This document shows, one piece after another, positions 9,892 to 18,330 of a stretch of 64,000 bases of DNA. The notes under the pieces are model-generated. The model was not told where the DNA came from. It ran no database searches and saw only the letters and a list, made by a program, of their open reading frames with translations. The DNA is from an uncultured Clostridia bacterium (GTDB lineage Bacteria; Bacillota; Clostridia; Oscillospirales; Acutalibacteraceae), in assembly GCA_947364045.1 (NCBI GenBank), contig CANARN010000003.1, forward strand, positions 2,883 to 66,882, given 5' to 3'. Position 1 is the stretch's first letter. Each line of letters opens with the position of its first letter. The translations under genes were made by a program, and so were the position numbers.

Positions 9892-10242
9892 TGGTGGAGA
9901 TGGCGGTAATCGAAACCGCGTCCGAAAATCTATTCCCAAAGTTTTCTACGAGCGTAGCCTTTTTATAAAATTCCCTTTATTTTTAGCCAAAAGGCAGGCT
10001 GAAAATATCGGTAGCCCTATTGTGTATGACGGGTTATAAGGCGGTTGCCCGTTCACATTTACCGCTCTATGACATTCCTGACCGAACCGCGGTGCTTTCG
10101 GTGGAACGCTCACTGCGATTAAGCAGCGAGAAGTACTTTATTATCTTTGTCGTTTATTTCTAAACTTGAAGCTTTTATTGTGGTGCCTCGCCACAGCTCG
10201 CTTACCAAGGTTCAAAATCCCCGTCGAAATCCTTTCATCCCC
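9892..10242 (-). ncRNA. ssrA: tmRNA (transfer-messenger RNA)
   Basis: 5' end GGGGATGAAAGGATTTCGACGGGG. 3' end GGACGCGGTTTCGATTACCGCCATCTCCACCA (T-arm plus acceptor with a G3:U pair). The internal tag frame ends ...AAT AAA GTA CTT CTC GCT GCT TAA (..NKVLLAA stop). Length is 351 nt, and smpB lies 2.2 kb upstream. Confidence 0.92.
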
Positions 10243-10288
10243 GTATATTCAGATTTTGAAAACGAAAAGAGATTCGCTCTCTCAAAGT

Positions 10289-10316
10289 ATTGTAACATAT
10301 TTTATAAATTATTCAA
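10289..10316 (-). promoter_or_regulatory. Candidate ssrA promoter
   Basis: In minus sense: TTGAAT, 16 nt, TGT-TACAAT extended -10. This is about 45 nt upstream of the mature 5' end, so a processed precursor would be required. Confidence 0.4.
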
Positions 10317-10434
10317 GCGGAAAATTTTATAAAAATGTTTTTCTTTTTTGAACTGAACAGTTTAATCCGAAGCTTCTCCCTGCAAAAAATGTTCATTTTT
10401 ACAGGGAGTTTTCACATTTAACTTTTTTAAAACT

Positions 10435-11523
10435 CTACCATTTTGAAAAAATGACGCCAGCAAGAGGAGAGAGTACAATCATTACAGATGAAAACAGAAA
10501 GGATTCAACTGAAGTCAGTGTTGCTCTTTGCTCGGACGGTATCATATCCTGTATTTTCGCATTTGTACGCACCTGCAAGGCATCGTCTGCCAATGCAGAC
10601 AGAAATCCGCCGAAAATCATAATCAAATATATTGACGAATGTTCAGCCAAATATCCGACAAATACAAGAAAAATTGTAATTAAAAATACATTTTTATATT
10701 TTAGATTTTTGAGCTTTAAAATAAGCTTTGAACCGACAATTCCGCCCAGTTCCATAAACATCAGAGAGGTGCCGAGCCATCTTTCGGGTATTCCGCTTTT
10801 GGGCAGCTTTGCCTGCAGAAAGAACAAGAGCAATGTTGCCGCCGCGCCGATTAGGGCATTGCACAGCATAAGGCACATTACCGCTTTTGAATTTTTTATA
10901 AACCGTAGGCTTTCTTTAAAACACTCATATAAATTATTCCAAATACTTTTCCCGTTTGCCTTTTCTTTACCGTAAATTTCATGCAAAGATAAAAGTATGA
11001 ACCCGGTCACAATGCTGAAAATTACGTCAATTCCGTATGCCGTTTTGTATCCCAAAGAAAGTGAAAGTCCCACGCACAGGGTGGAAAGTCCGCCGCAAAC
11101 AGCATAAATTATAAGTTGATTTGATGCATATTTCTCAAAGCATCTTTCAAGCTGAACCTCTTTCAGCGAATCGTACGCCAAAGCGTCATTTGAACCTGAC
11201 GCAAAATTATAGCTCAGTGCCTGAAAAGCCATAGACAGACACACTGTGCAAAAATTACGGGAACATATCATAACAATATTGCCGGTAAATCGCATAACGG
11301 AGCTTACAATCAGCATTTTCTTTCTGCCGAAAATGTCAGCAAACACGCCCGAAGGAATTTCAAATAACAGGCTCGTTATATGGAATACAGTTTCTGCAAT
11401 GCCGATTTCAACAAGATTGTAGCCTCTTGCGGCTAAGATTGCCACCCACGCACCTGTCAGTGACAAATTGCCGAATATCAGGGATAAATAAAGTCCCAGC
11501 ATCTGCTTTTTAATTTTAAACAT
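10435..11523 (-). CDS. MFS transporter
   Basis: 362 aa, hydrophobic throughout with multiple predicted TM helices. Contains the typical loop motif DIFGRKKML. Confidence 0.8.
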   Translation of the reverse strand: MFKIKKQMLGLYLSLIFGNLSLTGAWVAILAARGYNLVEIGIAETVFHITSLLFEIPSGVFADIFGRKKMLIVSSVMRFTGNIVMICSRNFCTVCLSMAFQALSYNFASGSNDALAYDSLKEVQLERCFEKYASNQLIIYAVCGGLSTLCVGLSLSLGYKTAYGIDVIFSIVTGFILLSLHEIYGKEKANGKSIWNNLYECFKESLRFIKNSKAVMCLMLCNALIGAAATLLLFFLQAKLPKSGIPERWLGTSLMFMELGGIVGSKLILKLKNLKYKNVFLITIFLVFVGYLAEHSSIYLIMIFGGFLSALADDALQVRTNAKIQDMIPSEQRATLTSVESFLFSSVMIVLSPLAGVIFSKW

Positions 11524-11813
11524 AAAAAATCTCCTTAACTTAATTTGAAATACAGTTAAGAAGATAATGCGACGTTTTATATGGTTTTGTCATAGCGAAT
11601 TAACCGCTTTTTCTGTAAAAAACGGCTCTGTTTACGACAAATGTCCTGCAAAAAGGCGCACTATCCCCGTAAACAGAAAAAATGCAACCTTTTTGTAGCT
11701 TTATATTTGTCATTCTCCAAACCATAACAGTAACCTCTTAATGCAGGCTTTATGTCTGCTTACAACCGTTTAGATAAATATTAACTTAAATTTCATTTTC
11801 AGTTAAAAACTAT

Positions 11814-12437
11814 CTATTGCTTATTAAAGTAATGTAAATCTGCTTTAAAATATGTTCTGATATAACCTGCTTTTGCAACAACGGCAAAGTCGCCTGTCGG
11901 CTGATAAAAATACGCCGTGTCGCCGTCCTCTTTCTGTATCTTTTTAAGCGCTTTGGGATTTTTTATGAGTGAATTTGCCTTATAAAGATAATTTTCCATA
12001 CTGTCGCAGCCGACTTCTTTTCCGTGCTTTACATAATGCGAAACCATGGATGCTGTGTCGTAAAAGGTATATGTATAAGGCGCGGTGTCAAATTCCTCAA
12101 TTTCGATTTTACGCCCTGCGAACAGATAAATGAGAACCGCAGAAATAACTGCCGAAGCAAGCGACACAATAAATGCTGTAGTCACAGAAATGTTTATTTC
12201 CAACAGCAGAAAAAGTACGAGAAATCCGACAACGGAACCAGTCGGCGCGCTGACTTTTTCGCTTGCCTTTGTTCTTTTCGTATATCTGTTATATTCGGAC
12301 TTTTTGCCTTTATTTATTTCACGGCAGGTTTTACATCGCTTAGGCAAATCCAGATTTTTGGAATTGTAAAAGTCAATTTCGCTGTCGCTGAGCGTAAAGT
12401 GCTTGCCGCACTGTATGCAAATACGATTCAGAGCCAT
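11814..12437 (-). CDS. Zinc-ribbon / two-TM protein with an uncharacterised C-terminal domain
   Basis: 207 aa. N-terminal CxxC...CxxC (CIQCGKHF...RCKTC), two hydrophobic helices, and a C-terminal ~95 aa with the motif SHYVKHGKEVG ... GYIRTYFK. Its start lies 1 nt after the smpB stop. Confidence 0.6.
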   Translation of the reverse strand: MALNRICIQCGKHFTLSDSEIDFYNSKNLDLPKRCKTCREINKGKKSEYNRYTKRTKASEKVSAPTGSVVGFLVLFLLLEINISVTTAFIVSLASAVISAVLIYLFAGRKIEIEEFDTAPYTYTFYDTASMVSHYVKHGKEVGCDSMENYLYKANSLIKNPKALKKIQKEDGDTAYFYQPTGDFAVVAKAGYIRTYFKADLHYFNKQ

Positions 12438-12438
12438 T

Positions 12439-12909
12439 TTATCTCAATCTTTCCTTCATACCGCGTTCAATATTACGCTGGGCCTCTTTTTTTGCGGCAG
12501 TGTCACGCTTGTCATAAAGCTTTTTACCCTTGCAAAGACCTATTTGTACCTTTGCTCTGCCCTTTTTAAAATAGACTGAAAGGGGAATGAGAGTTAAACC
12601 GTCCTGCTTTATTGTGCCGAAAAGTTTCATTATTTCTTTTTTATGCATCAGCAGTTTTCTTGAGCGCAACGGGTCACGGTTAAAAATATTGCCATGCTCA
12701 TAAGGGCTTATATGCATTCCGTTCACAAAAATTTCACCGCTGTCAATGTTGCACCAAGAGTCCTTAAGATTACATTTGCCCTGACGAAGCGACTTAACCT
12801 CCGTGCCGACAAGCTCAATGCCTGCTTCATACGTTTCCAGCACGAAATAGTCATGATATGCTTTTTTATTCTGCGCAACGGTGTTGCTACCTGTATTTTT
12901 CTCTGACAT
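12439..12909 (-). CDS. smpB: SsrA-binding protein SmpB
   Basis: 156 aa with canonical [25 protein letters not shown] and GLTLIPL..YFK.GRAKV..GL.KGKK motifs. Confidence 0.95.
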   Translation of the reverse strand: MSEKNTGSNTVAQNKKAYHDYFVLETYEAGIELVGTEVKSLRQGKCNLKDSWCNIDSGEIFVNGMHISPYEHGNIFNRDPLRSRKLLMHKKEIMKLFGTIKQDGLTLIPLSVYFKKGRAKVQIGLCKGKKLYDKRDTAAKKEAQRNIERGMKERLR

Positions 12910-13142
12910 TATTATTCTCCGTATTGATTTTGGCTACGCCCATCGTGTAGAGATAGGTTTCCACGACTATCCGTTTTTTGTGTCACCTATACACAATTTA
13001 TGCGGTAGGGCGGGGGCTTGCTTCCGCCGTAAATGAACATGATTACTATGATTTGGTATTTCGGTGTAAACCTCTGTTTGCGACAGCAAGCAGAAACTTA
13101 AATCAAGCCAAGAAATAAGAAGTATATACTTAGCGACATTTT

Positions 13143-13169
13143 GGGCAGATGTGGGCATCTGCCCCTACA
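13143..13169 (-). repeat. GTAGGGG-hairpin repeat copy
   Basis: In minus sense: TGTAGGGGCAGATG-CCC-ACATCTGCCC. Intergenic, downstream of recR. Confidence 0.6.
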
Positions 13170-13209
13170 AACATATAATTTCCAAACCGACATTATTCAT
13201 TAAACAGCA

Positions 13210-13806
13210 TTATAATAATTGTCTGCCGTCAAGGGCGCGGGAAAGGGTTACCTCATCAGCATACTCCAAATCGCTCCCCACGGGTACGCCGTAGGCAAGC
13301 CTTGTAACCTTAATACCCATTGGCTTTAAAAGCTTTGAAATATACATAGCTGTTGCCTCGCCCTCGGCTGTGGGGTTAGTTGCCATAATAACCTCGTTTA
13401 CCGTGTCATCTGAAAGGCGGGAAATCAGCTCCTTAATTCGAATATCGTTAGGACCTATTCCGTTCATAGGCGACATCACGCCGTGCAAAACGTGATAAAC
13501 CCCTCTGTATTCGTGAGTGCGCTCAAAGGCGGTAATATCCCTCGGGTTTTCAACCACGCAAATTACCGAGCTGTCACGCTTGGGGTTGTTGCAGATATTG
13601 CATTTTTCATCTTCTGTCAAATTACAGCAGACCGAGCAGGTATGAATTTTTTCGTGTGCATTGTTTATGGCGTCTGTAAGGCTTTTTACCTGATTGTCAT
13701 CAAGCCCCAAAACATAATAAGCAAACCGCTCTGCCGATTTCAGACCGACAGAGGGCATTTTACGAAATTCTTCAATAAGCCTTTGAAGTGATACAATATC
13801 CGCCAT
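13210..13806 (-). CDS. recR: Recombination protein RecR
   Basis: 198 aa. C4 zinc finger (CSVCCNLTEDEKCNIC) and Toprim segment (ICVVENPRD). Confidence 0.95.
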   Translation of the reverse strand: MADIVSLQRLIEEFRKMPSVGLKSAERFAYYVLGLDDNQVKSLTDAINNAHEKIHTCSVCCNLTEDEKCNICNNPKRDSSVICVVENPRDITAFERTHEYRGVYHVLHGVMSPMNGIGPNDIRIKELISRLSDDTVNEVIMATNPTAEGEATAMYISKLLKPMGIKVTRLAYGVPVGSDLEYADEVTLSRALDGRQLL

Positions 13807-13839
13807 TTATTTCTCCGAAAAATAAGTATTTAATAAATA

Positions 13840-14181
13840 TTAAAGTCCGAGTCCGGGAATGCCGAGATTCATTCCGCCCGTTACCTTGCCCATTTCACGC
13901 TCTGCTGTTTCGTCAGCCTTGCGCATTGCCTCATTAAGAGCGGCTATGAGCATATCCTCAAGCATTTCCGTATCTTCAGGGTCAACAACTTCAGGCTTTA
14001 TTTTGATTGACTTTATTTCGTGTGAGCCGTTAACTGTAACCTCAACAGCTCCGCCGCCAGACGAAGCTGAATATTCAGCCTCCTGACACTCGGACTGAAC
14101 ACGTTCCATTTCCTCCTGCATCTGCTGAATTTTTTTCATCATATCGGCTCTTCCGCTCTGGTTAGGTATTCTTGCTTTCAT
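13840..14181 (-). CDS. ybaB: YbaB/EbfC nucleoid-associated protein
   Basis: 113 aa in the conserved dnaX-ybaB-recR position. Contains MMKKIQQMQEEM ... GGGAVEVTVNG..E...I.I.PEVVDPED.EMLEDMI..A.N.A. Confidence 0.9.
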   Translation of the reverse strand: MKARIPNQSGRADMMKKIQQMQEEMERVQSECQEAEYSASSGGGAVEVTVNGSHEIKSIKIKPEVVDPEDTEMLEDMLIAALNEAMRKADETAEREMGKVTGGMNLGIPGLGL

Positions 14182-14186
14182 AATAT

Positions 14187-15866
14187 TTATTCTCCTTCAA
14201 CTTTAATTCCAAGCTGTTTTGCCCTCGACACAAGGTCGCTGAGGGGATTTTTTTCTGTTTCCTGCGGCGCGTTGTTGTAAACGCCGAGGGAATAGGATTT
14301 ACCCGTTACGTCAAAAACTGCCTGTTTGATTATTTTTGAGTATTCGCCTGTTTTAAGATAAAGCTCTAAAACGGGCGAGCCTTTTATAAGTAAAAATTTA
14401 TTACCGTAAATGTAGGCTGACGAGCCTGTGAGCATTGCAATAAGGCTCTTGTTTTCGGCGAAAAGCTTTTCCGTAACCTCCGGCCATTTGGTAAACGGTA
14501 CTGTTTCACCCGCATTTGACTGCATAGGCGCTGCCGTTTCCGCTTTTTTCGGCTCAAATACAGGAGCGGCATACTCTTTCGACGGCTCAGTCTGAATTTC
14601 TGCCTTATTTTCTTCTTTCGGCGATGCAGCTTGTACTGTTTCTGTTTCTTTTTTTATTTCAATCGGTTTTTCAGCAGGCTTCGGAGCGGGAGCTGCCGCT
14701 TTTTGCGGCGCAACCGAAATACCGTTGGCAACTGCTTTTTCAAGCTCGCTTATTCTGCGGACAAGAGAATTTACATCAGCATCCAGCGAAGGTGTGCAAA
14801 GGCGGATGATGCTAAGCTCTGCAACTGTTCTTCGGTTTGCCCCCTGCTTCATATTAGCCGCTGAGGATGTCAAAATGTCAATACAGGACATAATAACGGC
14901 GAGAGTTGTGCTGTCGGACTGCCTGCGGATAATTTCAATTTCATTCTGCGAACAGATAAGCATTTTGTGGAAATCCTTAACCGCCTTTGAAATCATAAGA
15001 TTTCTGAAATGATTTGTAAGCTCGGTTATAAGACGTTCCATATCACACGAGTCATTATAAAGTCTGTTAATTATTTCCAATGCCTTTGCGGCATCCTTTT
15101 GCAAAATGCAGTCAGACAGAGTGAAAATGTATTCTCTTCCCGCAAGCCCTGAATTTTCAGCGACAACTGCGGAGTCGATAACACCGTCATGCGATACACA
15201 TCGGTCAAGAAGCGAAAGCGCGTCACGCATTGCGCCGTCTGCAATTCGGGCTATAAGCATAGCGCCGTCGTCTGAGAGCTGCATATTCTCTTTTTCCGCA
15301 ACCTCTTTAAGCCTTTCGGCAATGCTTTCGGGAGGAATTCGTTTAAAATCGAACCGCTGACAGCGTGAAAGGATAGTCGACGGGAGCTTGTGTACCTCAG
15401 TGGTAGCTAAAATAAACTTAACATGCTCAGGAGGCTCCTCAAGTGTTTTTAAAAGCGAGTTGAATGCTCCGACAGAGAGCATATGCACCTCGTCAATAAT
15501 GTAAACTCTGTACCTTGCGTTTGCAGGAGTAAAATTAGCTTCTTCGCGAAGGTCGCGGATATTGTCAACGCTGTTGTTCGATGCAGCGTCAATCTCAACA
15601 ACGTCAAGGATTGAACCGTTATCAATTCCCTTGCAGATTGAGCATTCGTTGCACGGATTGCCGTTTACCGTATGCTCACAGTTAACTGCCTTTGCCAAAA
15701 TCTTGGCGCAGGAGGTTTTTCCCGTACCTCTTGAGCCTGTAAAAAGATAAGCATGGCTCGTTTTGCCGGCAGACACAGCATTCATAAGCGTCTGCGTAAT
15801 GTGATTTTGCCCGACAACATCCGAAAACGTGCTTGGTCTGTATTTACGGTATAAAGCGCGGTACAT
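14187..15866 (-). CDS. dnaX: DNA polymerase III subunits gamma/tau
   Basis: 559 aa. Walker A GSRGTGKTS, zinc module C..C..C, DEVHMLS, SRC sensor motif (ILSRCQRF). Confidence 0.95.
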   Translation of the reverse strand: MYRALYRKYRPSTFSDVVGQNHITQTLMNAVSAGKTSHAYLFTGSRGTGKTSCAKILAKAVNCEHTVNGNPCNECSICKGIDNGSILDVVEIDAASNNSVDNIRDLREEANFTPANARYRVYIIDEVHMLSVGAFNSLLKTLEEPPEHVKFILATTEVHKLPSTILSRCQRFDFKRIPPESIAERLKEVAEKENMQLSDDGAMLIARIADGAMRDALSLLDRCVSHDGVIDSAVVAENSGLAGREYIFTLSDCILQKDAAKALEIINRLYNDSCDMERLITELTNHFRNLMISKAVKDFHKMLICSQNEIEIIRRQSDSTTLAVIMSCIDILTSSAANMKQGANRRTVAELSIIRLCTPSLDADVNSLVRRISELEKAVANGISVAPQKAAAPAPKPAEKPIEIKKETETVQAASPKEENKAEIQTEPSKEYAAPVFEPKKAETAAPMQSNAGETVPFTKWPEVTEKLFAENKSLIAMLTGSSAYIYGNKFLLIKGSPVLELYLKTGEYSKIIKQAVFDVTGKSYSLGVYNNAPQETEKNPLSDLVSRAKQLGIKVEGE

Positions 15867-15900
15867 ACTGCCTGCCTCCCTTTAATTAAATATTAAAAGC

Positions 15901-16038
15901 GCCTTAACTTAGTCATGCACCGTGCAGGCGGACTGTGGCGCCCGGTGTGGTCCGCTTAATGCTGCTCGGTTCCCCGCCTGACATGGTTCGCAGCTCACCG
16001 CCGCACAGGACCCGCACGGCACACGACTAAATTAAGGC
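15901..16038 (-). ncRNA. ffs: Signal recognition particle RNA (small bacterial type)
   Basis: One long imperfect hairpin (GCCTTAATTTAGTCGTG...CATGACTAAGTTAAGGC). The apical region CATGTCAGGCGGGGAACCGAGCAGC matches the conserved GUCAGGUCCGGAAGGAAGCAGC domain-IV motif. It sits in the conserved position upstream of dnaX, and a perfect promoter places the TSS at 16038. Confidence 0.8.
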
Positions 16039-16045
16039 TTTGAAT

Positions 16046-16074
16046 ATTATACTATATTGTTGTTATTATTTCAA
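16046..16074 (-). promoter_or_regulatory. ffs promoter
   Basis: In minus sense: TTGAAA (16069-16074), 17 nt, TATAAT (16046-16051), then 7 nt to the first G of the SRP RNA. Confidence 0.65.
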
Positions 16075-16288
16075 GAGAAAAGATAAAAAATATCGTAATA
16101 TATCGGAATATAAATTACTGATTTTTAATTAAGCCGAGGAAAACCGAAGCAAATATGCCGTAAATACAGCTCTTCGGAGTGATTTTTCCTTTCGCACCCT
16201 ATGTGTTATTACTGTCTGCATACCGTTGTAATAAAGGGTAATATGTGATAAAATTATAATATAATAAATAAAACTCAGGGGATTTGCC

Positions 16289-17857
16289 ATGCTTAACATT
16301 ATACCGCAGCCTGTCCGTATTTTTGAAGACAGCTCTAAAGAGGGCTTTGAAATTTTTGCAGAGGATTTTGTAACCGACATACCCTGCGCGCACGACTTTA
16401 TTTTGTTTAAGAATAATTTTTTTGCAGACCGTGTTAAAGGGTCTTCGGGCGAAGAAAGCGTTGTTCTGACTATTGACAGCTCCGTACAGCATAACGAGGG
16501 CTATGTTCTTTCCTGCCGCGGCGGTAAGGCTTACATAACCGCTAAAACCGAAACGGGACTTTTTTGGGGACTTCAGACTTTAAAGCAAATGCTTTTACAG
16601 TGTAAAGGAAAAGTGCCGTATACTGAAATTACGGATTATCCCCGTTTTTCTTACCGTGGGTTTATGCTTGACACGGGCAGATATTTTTATGGCAAAGAAA
16701 ATGTAAAACGGATTATTGATTTGATGGCTCTGCACAAGCTGAATGTTTTTCACTGGCATTTAACCGAAGACCAAGGGTGGCGGGTTGAAATAAAGAAATA
16801 TCCGCTTCTTACCGAAAAAGGCTCATACAGAAGCCATACAAATTTCGGAATTAAGTCTCACTGCGGATATTATACACAGGACGACATAAAAGAAATTGTC
16901 GCATACTGTCACAAGCGGAAAATTAAGGTTATTCCTGAATTTGACATACCCGGACACTGCGTTTCGGCAATAGCCTGCTACCCGTATCTGTCCTGCTTTG
17001 ACCGCAAGCTCTCGGTTGCAACGCACTGGGGCGTTAAGCACGATATTCTTTGCGCGGGAAAAGAAAGCACATATCAGTTTGTTTATGATGTGCTTGACGA
17101 ACTTATGGAGCTTTTTCCCGATAAAATTATTCACATCGGCGGCGATGAAGCCGTAAAAACACGGTGGAAGCTTTGCCCTCACTGTCAGGCTGAGATGAAA
17201 AAACACTCTCTTAAAACAGAAGACGAGCTTCAAATGCACTTTATGACAAAAGTAAACAGCTATTTGAAGGAACATGGATTTTCATCTGTTATGTGGAATT
17301 ACAACAAGCTTGGTGGAGCGGATTTACTAACGCCCGAAATTGCATGGACAGTCTGCGGGATTGACGACGGCGAAGATATTATCAAAAACGAAATCTGCCG
17401 CGGCAGACGTTTGATAAACACAAATGCTTTTCCGTTTTACCTTGATTTTCCTTATGGGTGGAATTCGCTCGAGAGCGTTTGCAATGCAGACGGCGCGCTG
17501 ACCGAAAATGACAGCGAAACGCAGGGGATTGAGGGCTGTATGTGGACGGAATATGTTCCGAATATGAAACGACTTGAATTTCTTACATTCCCACGTCTTA
17601 GCGCAATAGCTGAAAAGGCTTGGTCGGAAAAGGGAAAAACGTCGTTTAAAACTTTTTCGCTTAAACTTAGCGATTATTACAGCTTGCTGGATAAATTCGG
17701 CGTGAATTACGCAAAGGAAAACAAGTCTTGCCCGTCCGCAGTTTACAAAGCTCTTTCTTCCCTTTGGTTTAACAGAAGAGTATTACACTGGCAGGGACTT
17801 CACAACCTTATTGACAACAAAAAAGTTGAAATAAAGGCGAAAAAATTGAATAAATAA
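16289..17857 (+). CDS. Beta-N-acetylhexosaminidase (GH20)
   Basis: 522 aa. HWHLTEDQGWR and IHIGGDEA catalytic motifs. No signal peptide is evident. Confidence 0.85.
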   Translation: MLNIIPQPVRIFEDSSKEGFEIFAEDFVTDIPCAHDFILFKNNFFADRVKGSSGEESVVLTIDSSVQHNEGYVLSCRGGKAYITAKTETGLFWGLQTLKQMLLQCKGKVPYTEITDYPRFSYRGFMLDTGRYFYGKENVKRIIDLMALHKLNVFHWHLTEDQGWRVEIKKYPLLTEKGSYRSHTNFGIKSHCGYYTQDDIKEIVAYCHKRKIKVIPEFDIPGHCVSAIACYPYLSCFDRKLSVATHWGVKHDILCAGKESTYQFVYDVLDELMELFPDKIIHIGGDEAVKTRWKLCPHCQAEMKKHSLKTEDELQMHFMTKVNSYLKEHGFSSVMWNYNKLGGADLLTPEIAWTVCGIDDGEDIIKNEICRGRRLINTNAFPFYLDFPYGWNSLESVCNADGALTENDSETQGIEGCMWTEYVPNMKRLEFLTFPRLSAIAEKAWSEKGKTSFKTFSLKLSDYYSLLDKFGVNYAKENKSCPSAVYKALSSLWFNRRVLHWQGLHNLIDNKKVEIKAKKLNK

Positions 17858-17869
17858 TTTTGATTAAAT

Positions 17870-17895
17870 TGTAGGGGACGATGCCTCATCGTCCC
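17870..17895 (+). repeat. GTAGGGG-hairpin repeat copy
   Basis: TGTAGGGGACGATG-CCT-CATCGTCCC, 13 nt after the GH20 stop. Confidence 0.6.
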
Positions 17896-17998
17896 GAGAA
17901 AAAATGCTGATAACGTTACGGGCTGATAAGGGTTGCGGGTGTTTTGTGAACATTTTTCGAATGAAACGGGGGGAAGCAATGACCGAGCAGGCAAACTA

Positions 17999-18085
17999 GG
18001 CGAAGCCTGGAGTGCCGTCCTGTGATGAAACGCATAGCCGAAATGATGTGAAAAAACAAGGAGCAGTGCGACTATGTTTTCTAGG
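17999..18085 (+). repeat. Dispersed ~90-110 bp element, copy A
   Basis: GGCGAAG...GTGAAAAAACAAGGAGCAGTGCGACTATGTTTTCTAGG. The 3' 33 nt are near-identical to 38401-38424 and 38437-38457. It is embedded in a 460-bp non-coding stretch rich in GC hairpins (for example GCTCCCTCGCCGAGGGAGC). Confidence 0.6.
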
Positions 18086-18330
18086 TGACAAGCTCCCTCA
18101 GTCTTTGCTATCGCAAAGCCTGCTCCCTCGCCGAGGGAGCGAAAAAACGGCGGGAGCAAGCCCCCGCCCTGCTTTTTACTGTTTTTATTTTATAAGGTAC
18201 AAACATACATTTTTACAGTTATTTTTTATGCAGAATTAAATAATTTACGGTGTTGTTATTAAAGTAAATTTGTGTTAAAATACATATTAGGGAAAAAATT
18301 ACAAAATTATATTACAGGGGTGTTTTATTT

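Noticed and set aside
9536-9906. Possible CRISPR array (regularly repeated identical sequence)
   Set aside because: There are only three copies of the 15-mer, the period is about 178 bp, and the sequence between copies is itself repeated. No cas genes are present. This is a tandem duplication, not repeat-spacer architecture.
9459-10039. Track ORFs of 101, 135 and 154 aa covering the region behind ssrA
   Set aside because: They run through the tandem repeat units, terminator hairpins and the tmRNA 3' end. They have repetitive, Arg/Cys-rich translations and no SD. They are artefacts of the repeats.
9392-11523. Integrated prophage or island at the ssrA 3' end
   Set aside because: No integrase, excisionase or cargo genes lie between the duplicated ssrA ends. 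The next genes are an ordinary hydrolase and an MFS transporter.
12967-13158. 63-aa ORF between smpB and recR, and similar ORFs at 17800-18239
   Set aside because: They lie on the dispersed hairpin and repeat elements, have no SD, and give translations typical of GC-hairpin repeats (Pro/Arg/Ala runs).
14535-14550. Programmed frameshift or transcriptional slippage site in dnaX (CCG AAA AAA GCG, at roughly the position of the E. coli gamma/tau site)
   Set aside because: The run is only A6 and is not the A AAA AAG heptamer. I saw no downstream stem-loop and no nearby stop in the alternative frames that I checked. It is too weak to call.
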